DNA from: Candidatus Hydrogenedentota bacterium
Lineage (GTDB): Bacteria; Hydrogenedentota; Hydrogenedentia; Hydrogenedentales; SLHB01
Reading direction: 5' to 3'
Assembly: GCA_045863335.1 (NCBI GenBank)
Contig: BTVY01000006.1
Coordinates: 135,336 to 199,335 of the forward strand
DNA: 64,000 nt
Shown here: piece after piece, positions 55,744-64,000 of the stretch
How the letters are laid out: the number at the start of each line of letters is the position of its first letter
How positions within the stretch are numbered: the first letter of the stretch is position 1
The notes under the pieces: model-generated
Database searches by the model: none
The model's input: the letters and a program-made list of their open reading frames with translations, nothing else
Told to the model about the DNA's origin: nothing
Position numbers and translations under genes: made by a program

Positions 55744-58092
55744 TCAACCACCCGGAGCGGCAGCCATCGTGAATCGCAGTTCTCCGCCTTCCGCGATGTC
55801 GTCGTGGGTGAAAGACCAGCCGGAAAGCTTGCGCCCGTTCAGGGAAACGGCGTGGACGTACAGGTTTTCCGGCGCGTGGTTCTCCGCGATTACAGTCAAA
55901 CTCCTCCCGCCGCCTAAAGCCAGAACCGCTTCCGGGAAAAGTGGCGTGCCGATCTCGTAGCGGGTCGTTCCCGCGATGGGGTAAAAGCCGAGGGCGCTGA
56001 ACACAAACCAGGCCGACAAGGTGCCCCCGTCGTCGTTGCCGTCCAGCCCGACGTAGCTGTTACTGTATTTCGTATCGAGAATGCGGCGGACCCATTTCTG
56101 CGTCAAGTCGGGCCGGCCCGCCGCGTTGAAGAGGTAGGCCGCGTGGAAGAAGGGCTCGTTGCCGTGCCAGTAATAGGAGCCGGGATGCCACTCGCCCACG
56201 GTGTCGTTGGTCCGTTCGAAGTAGTTCTCCAACTCCTGAACAAACTGCTCTTTGCTTGGAAACAGCGACACCAAACCCTCCGGATCAAAGGGCACGCCCC
56301 AACGCCACATCATGGCGCTGCCTTCGACGAAATCGTCCGTGTACTCGCGATCCCAGTCGGTATAACTCAACACCAGCGGATCGAAGTTCTCCATGAACGC
56401 GCCGCTGGAATCGCGGGGCACGAAGAACAACCGCCTCGCGTCCCAAAGGTTGCGATAGGACTGCGCATTCCGCGCGAAGGCCGCCGCGTCGTCATCATGC
56501 CCCAAGGCCCGTGCGAGCAGGGACAGCGCATGGTCGCACCACGCGTACTCCAGCGTAGCCGACACGGCTTTGGACATACTGTCCGAGGGACAGTAGCCAT
56601 ACTTCAGGTAATCAGCCAGTCCATCCCGCCCGCCGAAACGCGATTCCGCCGGTTTCCCGGCCAGCGCCGTCTGCCGCATCTTCTCGTATGCCGTCTCAAT
56701 GTCGAATCCGCGGATTCCTTTCAGGTATGCCTCCGTCACGGCGATGTCGGCCGGCGTGCCGAACATGCAGTTCGTGTAGCCGCAACCCGAGGGCCACCGC
56801 GGCAAACCGCCGCCCGCTTTCGCCATCTCCACCAGGGACACCATCATGTCCTGCTGCTCGTCGCGGGCAATGAGGTTGTATAGCGGGTGGACGGTCCGGA
56901 AGGAGTCCCACAACGAGAAGTCGGTGTAGTACGTCGCGCCGTCGGAAACGTCGTGGACCGCGCGGTCGAATCCCGTGTACTCCCCGTTCACGTCGTTGAA
57001 GGTGGTCGGCATCTGAAAGGCACGGTATAAGGCCGTGTAGAAACTCCGCCGGTACCATTCGCTACCGCCGCGGATTTGGATCCGCGCCAGCTTTTCCTGC
57101 CACAACTCTTGTGCGTTTTGGCATATCGTCTCAAAGGACCGATTGCCGGTCTCCGCTTCCAGGTTCTCGCGCGCGTTGGCGATACTCACGTACGACAGCG
57201 CCAGACGAACTTCAATCGGTTGACGCTCGCTCGTATTCGCGAATCCCAGGTCCACAACGAGCCGGTTTCCCTGCGCAGCCTTGGCATCTTGCCGGAACTC
57301 GGTACCGCTCCAGATGCCGAACGCGTCGAACGCCTGGTCAAACTCCGCTACGAAATACACGTCCAATCCGTCGTAACGTCCGGAAAACGATCCGAATAGT
57401 CGTGCGCTCCCTTCCACCTGGCGCTGCTCGGGCAGAATCCACACCTGACCATTCTCGCAACGCCGGTCGCCCAAGGCGCTCGTCACGTCGAGCTGCAGAT
57501 GAGGTGTCGCATAGGCGGGAAAGGTGTAGCGGTGCACGCCCACGCGCGTCGTCGCGGTCAGCTCCGCGAGGATATCGTCTTTAGGCAGGCGCACAGCATA
57601 GTAGCCCGGGAAGGCTTTTTCCTCCGCGTGCGTGAAACGCGCAAACCGGTTCTTTCCCGGCTCCCCCGGCACCAACAGCAGGGTTGTCGGAAAGATTCGG
57701 AAGACGCCGCCCTCCAGTGCGTCCGCGCCGATGAGCCGCGTGTGGCTGAACCCGATGATCTTGTTGTCGCCGTAAAAGTACCCGGACCGGTTGAACCCCT
57801 GCGTGTTCGTAAACAGGGATGCGGTATCGGGTCCCAGCCGCACCATTCCGAACGGAACCGTGGCCGCGGGTGTGTTGTGCGCGCACATCCACGACACGCC
57901 GCCCGTGCCGATGAAGGGATCGACTTCCCAGCCTGCCCCAATCGGATCAACCCCAGTTGGGAGCGACCCGGGCTTCTTGTGGACCACGTACTCATACGAG
58001 CCCCAGATGATGGCGACCCCGGCCACGGGTATCGCAAGCAACACGATTAGCAGCGCGATGCTCCACTTCAGAACTCGGCGCAATCGGCTCAT
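55744..58092 (-). CDS. GH92 alpha-mannosidase family
   Basis: VDPFIGTG, PFGMVRLGPDT, GFSHT, SLWDSFRT, HGNEP and GNDDGGTLSAW motifs. Confidence 0.92.
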   Translation of the reverse strand: MSRLRRVLKWSIALLIVLLAIPVAGVAIIWGSYEYVVHKKPGSLPTGVDPIGAGWEVDPFIGTGGVSWMCAHNTPAATVPFGMVRLGPDTASLFTNTQGFNRSGYFYGDNKIIGFSHTRLIGADALEGGVFRIFPTTLLLVPGEPGKNRFARFTHAEEKAFPGYYAVRLPKDDILAELTATTRVGVHRYTFPAYATPHLQLDVTSALGDRRCENGQVWILPEQRQVEGSARLFGSFSGRYDGLDVYFVAEFDQAFDAFGIWSGTEFRQDAKAAQGNRLVVDLGFANTSERQPIEVRLALSYVSIANARENLEAETGNRSFETICQNAQELWQEKLARIQIRGGSEWYRRSFYTALYRAFQMPTTFNDVNGEYTGFDRAVHDVSDGATYYTDFSLWDSFRTVHPLYNLIARDEQQDMMVSLVEMAKAGGGLPRWPSGCGYTNCMFGTPADIAVTEAYLKGIRGFDIETAYEKMRQTALAGKPAESRFGGRDGLADYLKYGYCPSDSMSKAVSATLEYAWCDHALSLLARALGHDDDAAAFARNAQSYRNLWDARRLFFVPRDSSGAFMENFDPLVLSYTDWDREYTDDFVEGSAMMWRWGVPFDPEGLVSLFPSKEQFVQELENYFERTNDTVGEWHPGSYYWHGNEPFFHAAYLFNAAGRPDLTQKWVRRILDTKYSNSYVGLDGNDDGGTLSAWFVFSALGFYPIAGTTRYEIGTPLFPEAVLALGGGRSLTVIAENHAPENLYVHAVSLNGRKLSGWSFTHDDIAEGGELRFTMAAAPGG

Positions 58093-58236
58093 ACTAGCGC
58101 TCGCCCCCAACAAATCATCGCCATTTTTAATAGTGCGAAGTCGATCGTAGCAGATTTCTCATTCCGGGTTCGCTACTTCCAAGCTTGCCGCGCCCCCACT
58201 CTCGCCGAAGGATTTCCGCAACCTCGCGGCAATACA

Positions 58237-58851
58237 ATGGACAGAACACAACGCGGGAATCGGCAATCGATGGAGTCCGAAAGGGAAGACCGGCACGAGC
58301 GCCGCCTGCAGGCCGCTGTGCTTGCCGGAGATGAAACGGCGTGGCGCGCCTTGTACGAGCGCCACTTTGACGCGGTGTACCGCTATGTCTATTCCCGGGT
58401 GGGCCGCGACGCGCACCGCACCGAGGAGGTCGTGCAGGAATGCTGGATGGTCGCCATACGCCGCATTCGCACGTTTGATCCGGGCCGCGGCGGTTTCGGC
58501 GACTGGCTCCGGGGGATCGCGCAGCAGATCATTTTGGGTCAGCAGCGAAAGTGGGCGCGCCGCTACCGCTTGACAGAAGAAGCGCCGCCGCTGGCGCCCA
58601 TTGCAACCAGAGCCGACGAAACCGACAAGGTGAATGCGGTGCTCGCGTCGCTCCCGGAACCGTATGAAACAGTTTTGCGGGCCAAGTACGCGGACCAATA
58701 CACGGTCGCCGAGATCGCGCAACGGTGGGGACGCAGCGCGAAGGCGATCGAGTCGCTGTTGACACGGGCGCGGACGGCCTTCCGCGAGGTGTGGCGGGGG
58801 ACCGGCGACGAACAAACCGGCAAAGAAGGATTGGTGAGCCATGACACCTGA
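58237..58851 (+). CDS. ECF RNA polymerase sigma factor
   Basis: AWRALYERH, EEVVQECW, WLRGIA and region-4 HTH; start may be 58270. Confidence 0.9.
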   Translation: MDRTQRGNRQSMESEREDRHERRLQAAVLAGDETAWRALYERHFDAVYRYVYSRVGRDAHRTEEVVQECWMVAIRRIRTFDPGRGGFGDWLRGIAQQIILGQQRKWARRYRLTEEAPPLAPIATRADETDKVNAVLASLPEPYETVLRAKYADQYTVAEIAQRWGRSAKAIESLLTRARTAFREVWRGTGDEQTGKEGLVSHDT

Positions 58852-59431
58852 ATCGAACCACGACAATGAACCGCTCCTGAACGGCGAGGAACTGCCGGCG
58901 GACGCATGGGATCGCCCGCCGATCGATCCGCGGTTTCGCGAAGCGGTATTCGCGCAGACGGCATCGGCCTTGCGCGCGCGTTGGCTTCGCAGGCGCGTGG
59001 TAACGGCGGGCGCCCTTGTCGCCGCCTCCTACGCGGGCGGTATGGTCACCGCGTGGATCGCCCTGCAGCCAGAACCGGCCGCGGTGCCGGCGCAAACGGA
59101 ATCGATGACCACAGTGCCGCCAGCCGCGACGGATACCGCCGCGCCGGTGGAACCGGTCGTAACGGACGATCTCCTCCGCGATCCCGAAGGCTTGTCCCTG
59201 CTCGTTGCCCAGTCGCCGGCGGAAGAGCAGGAGCAGATTCTGAAAGCTGCGGGGGATCGGTATCTCGAAGGATTCGGCGACATCGAACAGGCCATGAACT
59301 GTTACCGCCGCTTACTTGCCCTGCAACAGCCCGGCGCCGGTGTTGCGATGAATCTGGATGACTCTTGGCTACTGAAATCCATGAAGCAGGCCCGCCTGCA
59401 GGAGGAACTGAACGATGATGCGACTACGTAA
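58841..59431 (+). CDS. Single-TM putative anti-sigma factor
   Basis: Overlaps the sigma gene; RRR followed by a TM helix and an extracytoplasmic helical domain. Confidence 0.6.
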   Translation: MTPESNHDNEPLLNGEELPADAWDRPPIDPRFREAVFAQTASALRARWLRRRVVTAGALVAASYAGGMVTAWIALQPEPAAVPAQTESMTTVPPAATDTAAPVEPVVTDDLLRDPEGLSLLVAQSPAEEQEQILKAAGDRYLEGFGDIEQAMNCYRRLLALQQPGAGVAMNLDDSWLLKSMKQARLQEELNDDATT

Positions 59432-60614
59432 TGCGGTGCCCGTCGCGCTCGTCACGGTGCTGGCATGGTCCGGCGCCTTTGCGCAAGACGATACACCCGC
59501 CAACACCAAGCCCGAACCCGCCACCGTGGAGCACGCGCCGAAACCCGTGCCCAAGGAAATCGCGGAAAAACCCCTCGTCCCGGAACCGGCGGAATCACCG
59601 GACGAGAATCCTGTATTTCGCGTTCAGTCGTCCATGCAGGTTCCGGAGCCGGGGCAGGAGATCGATCCGGAGGTTGCGATCGCGGAGGCGCAGGTTCGCG
59701 AGGCGGAAGCCCGGCTGCGCCAGGCACGCATCGCGGCGGCCCAACGGGAAATCGAGAAGGGGCAACTGAAACGAATCGTCGAACTGGCCCGCAAGAATGC
59801 GAAGGAAGAGCAGCGACGGACGGAGGCGGGCATCGGCACCCAGCAGGATCTCATGGAGGCCCAAGAGCGCCTCGCCCGCGCCGAAGCGGACATGGCGAAG
59901 CTCGACGCCGCATCGCAGATCATGGATGGCCGTGGGGGAAGAGCAGATTCCCCACTCTTTCAGGGGCGGCTTTTTGAGCAGCCCCGTTTCCCCGCGCCAC
60001 GGCCCGAATTGTCGTCTGACGATAAACGCGATGTGGCCATTACGCTGCAGGCTCCGGTTGCCATCGAGTTCAAAGACGCGACGCTGCGCGAAGTCGCCGA
60101 AATGGTGAGTGAGTACGCGGGCGTCAACATCGTGTTGGACGTCGGTCTGCGCGCGGCGGATGAAATGGTTACCATCAAACTGACGAACGTGCCCCTGGAA
60201 GACGGACTACTCGCTCTCACCGACGCCTACGGCGACTTGTGTTTCGTCATTCGCGATTATGGCGTTTTCGCCACGACCACCGAGCGCGCGATGACGATCA
60301 ACGCACCCACCATTCCCGCCAACGTGCCCCTCCTGGTCCCCTTCCAGGAAGCGTCCGGCCGAGGGTTCGCGGTGGGCATGTTTGGGGGTGGCCAAGCGGA
60401 TTTTGGCGGTGGCTTCGGCATGGGCAGCAGTCTCGGCGCAGCCCCAGGCGGCTTTGGCGGCGGGGGCGGTGTCATAGCCTTCCCAGGTGCCCCAGAACCT
60501 TCGCGTGGTAGAAGTCCGGGCGGCTTGCCCGAGGGTAGAGTCGCGCCAGGGTCTTCGCCCGATGGGGGGCAGCCTGCCGAAGCGGGCGGCCAAGATAATT
60601 CCCCTGAAGAGTAA
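59415..60614 (+). CDS. Exported protein with coiled-coil and STN/secretin-N-like domain
   Basis: Signal peptide; IEFKDATLREV...GVNIVLD...VTIKLTNVPLEDGL; Gly-rich tail. Confidence 0.65.
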   Translation: MMRLRNAVPVALVTVLAWSGAFAQDDTPANTKPEPATVEHAPKPVPKEIAEKPLVPEPAESPDENPVFRVQSSMQVPEPGQEIDPEVAIAEAQVREAEARLRQARIAAAQREIEKGQLKRIVELARKNAKEEQRRTEAGIGTQQDLMEAQERLARAEADMAKLDAASQIMDGRGGRADSPLFQGRLFEQPRFPAPRPELSSDDKRDVAITLQAPVAIEFKDATLREVAEMVSEYAGVNIVLDVGLRAADEMVTIKLTNVPLEDGLLALTDAYGDLCFVIRDYGVFATTTERAMTINAPTIPANVPLLVPFQEASGRGFAVGMFGGGQADFGGGFGMGSSLGAAPGGFGGGGGVIAFPGAPEPSRGRSPGGLPEGRVAPGSSPDGGQPAEAGGQDNSPEE

Positions 60615-60636
60615 ACTCACGGACAGTTCAGTGTGC

Positions 60637-62040
60637 TCAGGATTTGACAGGGGGAGTGGCGGCAGCGTCGCTCCCCCCGAATTCTCTTCGGCCGCGCCAG
60701 TCCATGGGCTTCCGGGCGAGGATCTGACCCAGGAGCGAGAGGGCGAACCAGACGCGGAGTACGCCTGAGACGGGGTGGAGCCATGGCACGCAGGCGTGGA
60801 ACTCGGCGATCTTCTCGACACTTTTGTACTCTCGCACCTCTTCAACGTAAAGCACCACGCCGGCGAGAGCGAGCAGGGTGAGCAGCACGTCAAATTGCCC
60901 TGCCATCACCTGGGGAAAGAGCCCGGCGGCCATCAGGGGAATTGCCGCGAGTGTCGTGCTGAGCCGCAGGGCCATCATCGTGAGGGGCAGTTGGATGTAA
61001 TCGCCGAAGAAGATCCGCGTCTTGCGCAAGGTGTGCTTCTTGACTTCGCCATAGCCGTGATAGAACCGGACCCGCAAAAGATCGGGGCTCCACGCGAACC
61101 CAACCCTGCCGCCGATCTCCTTTATCGCGGCCGCCATCAGCGTGTCCTCGGGATGCCACTGGCCCAAGGCTTGATGGCCGCCGAAGGTTTTATGGCTGGA
61201 GTACCGGACCAGCATGAACGCACCGATTCCGACGGGAAAGGTCTTGGGATCGTTGAGACGATCCGGGTCGGCGCCTTGGGCGATTCCACGCCAACCCGTG
61301 GGGAGGAGTAGTTGTTCGGCCCAAGTCTTCGTGATGAGTCGCGGCATGCAGGTCAGGAAATCGAGGCGATCCCGTTCGGCCACGGCGATGGCCTGCTCGA
61401 GTATGCCCGGTTCGAAAAGCACATCCGCATCAGCGAACAGCAGCCACTGTTTGTCCTCATCTACGCCGCAACGGTTTCGGTCAATCTCCAGGAACGCCTG
61501 CCAAAGGGCGTTGGATTTACCAAACCAGCCTTCGGCGACTGGCGGATTGTGCAGCACACGCACGTGGGAGAATTCTTGCTGGACGGCGTCCAGAATGCGA
61601 GGCGTTTCGTCTGTGGAGTGATCGTCGATAAACCATACGTGCAGGTTCGGATACGGCAGGGAGGCAAGGGAACGGGCGGCCTCTTTTAAGCAAGCTTGTT
61701 CGTTGCGCGCGGGTACGAGTGCGGTGATCTTCGGCCACGCTTCCCGCGGCGCCACCGTCACCGACCGTGCCAGACAATGGGACCGCTCCAGATTGCGCCG
61801 GAAAACCCTGCCGCGCCTCTCCCGGTCCCAGACAAAGCATCCGACAAACAGCCACACGATCAAAACAGCGGCAGGATGGGGAACCGCGCAAGCGGCAATC
61901 ATCACGGCGGCTATGGACCACCACAAAACAACGGGCGACCACCGGGGTACTGGCCGAAGGCGGGTTGCCAGTGCGGCCATATCAACGGAAGGAGGCGGAA
62001 TGGTTCCGGCCTCCTCCCGAAGATACGGTGAATTCTCCAT
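60637..62040 (-). CDS. Membrane-bound GT2 glycosyltransferase (CrtQ/HpnI-like)
   Basis: VPARNE, DDHSTDET, GWFGKSNA, FADAD, GAFML and PEDT motifs. Confidence 0.88.
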   Translation of the reverse strand: MENSPYLREEAGTIPPPSVDMAALATRLRPVPRWSPVVLWWSIAAVMIAACAVPHPAAVLIVWLFVGCFVWDRERRGRVFRRNLERSHCLARSVTVAPREAWPKITALVPARNEQACLKEAARSLASLPYPNLHVWFIDDHSTDETPRILDAVQQEFSHVRVLHNPPVAEGWFGKSNALWQAFLEIDRNRCGVDEDKQWLLFADADVLFEPGILEQAIAVAERDRLDFLTCMPRLITKTWAEQLLLPTGWRGIAQGADPDRLNDPKTFPVGIGAFMLVRYSSHKTFGGHQALGQWHPEDTLMAAAIKEIGGRVGFAWSPDLLRVRFYHGYGEVKKHTLRKTRIFFGDYIQLPLTMMALRLSTTLAAIPLMAAGLFPQVMAGQFDVLLTLLALAGVVLYVEEVREYKSVEKIAEFHACVPWLHPVSGVLRVWFALSLLGQILARKPMDWRGRREFGGSDAAATPPVKS

Positions 62041-62071
62041 GGTCAGCGAAAGTTCGCTACATTGACCGGGA

Positions 62072-62188
62072 CTACAACGTCATGGTCACGTTCACGGGCG
62101 GCTTCTTGTCTTCCTTCAACCCCTTCAGACCGCCGGAAGCGGCGATGACCGGGAGTTTCGTCTTACCCAGGGTACGAATGTGCTTCAA
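62072..62188 (-). CDS. 38-aa peptide MKHIRTLGKTKLPVIAASGGLKGLKEDKKPPVNVTMTL, possible RiPP-type precursor
   Basis: Strong SD AAGGAGGTG 6 nt upstream of TTG 62188; stop 31 nt before GT2 start. Confidence 0.65.
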   Translation of the reverse strand: MKHIRTLGKTKLPVIAASGGLKGLKEDKKPPVNVTMTL

Positions 62189-62411
62189 CTTGACCACCTC
62201 CTTCATCAGTTTACCTTGCAAACGTAGCGAAAGAATTGGGTACATTGGGGTTCGTCCCCGCATATCAGAACTTGGCCTCAGCGATCAGACTCGACTTCGG
62301 CCTGCCCGGTTACAGTCGCTCCTTGCCTTGGGTGCTGTGCAACCGATTCGCCGATTGCACGTACTATACAAACCGGAAGCGGGTTATGTCACGGCGTCGA
62401 TAGATACAGAA

Positions 62412-62447
62412 AGCGGCCCGCTGACGTGTTTGCGTCAACGGGCCGCT
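62412..62447 (-). terminator. rRNA operon terminator
   Basis: Near-perfect 15-bp stem AGCGGCCCGCTGACG / CGTCAACGGGCCGCT right after 5S, followed by a T-tract on minus strand. Confidence 0.8.
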
Positions 62448-62457
62448 CAAGATTAAA

Positions 62458-62574
62458 GCCGGCAACGTCCTACTCTCCCACCCAGTTGCCCGGGCAGTAC
62501 CATGGGCGCTGGTGGGCTTAACTACCGTGTTCGGAATGGGAACGGGTGTGGCCCCACCGCTAAAGTCACCGGCA
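62458..62574 (-). rRNA. rrf: 5S ribosomal RNA
   Basis: Reverse complement contains CACACCCGTTCCCATTCCGAACACGG and GGGAGAGTAGG; ends pair (GCCGG). Confidence 0.96.
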
Positions 62575-62728
62575 AAGTCGTGGTGAAACGCCTAGGCGTA
62601 TCACCGAAACTGGTGACAGCGAATGCAAGGGAGCGCAGAAATGCGCTACGCGACAGAGTGCCTTTGGCTTATGAGTCCGCTATCCCCATGCGCCCTTTTG
62701 CAAAACGCATGGGAATAAGCAAGTTTAA

Positions 62729-64000
<1,272 letters not shown>

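Overview
GC-rich bacterial chromosomal window with about 52 protein genes. It ends in the 3' part of a minus-strand rRNA operon (partial 23S, complete 5S, terminator). The gene content (Tat-exported Gfo/Idh/MocA oxidoreductase, PVC-type heme protein, TM-anchored ECF sigma factor, PmoA-like/DUF6807 protein, many glycoside hydrolases) suggests Hydrogenedentota or a PVC-like lineage; this is inference only. Recognisable modules are an iorAB-paaK-ACT aromatic 2-oxoacid cluster behind a TetR gene, ddl-dapF-pspC-purN-HAD, M20 peptidase-YeiH-nagA, tandem GH50-like hydrolases, GH29, GH92 and several glycosyltransferases. I found no transposase, integrase, tRNA or CRISPR array, but there are five distinct short palindromic or REP-like intergenic elements. 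The most notable observations are: (1) a 38-aa peptide with a strong Shine-Dalgarno site and a SCIFF/ranthipeptide-like leader (MKHIRTL...GG) but no Cys, directly upstream of a GT2 gene; (2) an intact NrdD homologue with two ATP-cones that lacks the glycyl-radical domain and catalytic motifs; (3) a membrane-tethered ECF sigma factor flanked by a CPBP intramembrane protease and a divergent, apparently inactive beta-lactamase-fold lipoprotein; (4) further degenerate enzymes (HD-GYP, DapF Cys-to-Ser) and a possible rod-shaped ncRNA. All family calls come from motif recognition by eye; no database searches were run.
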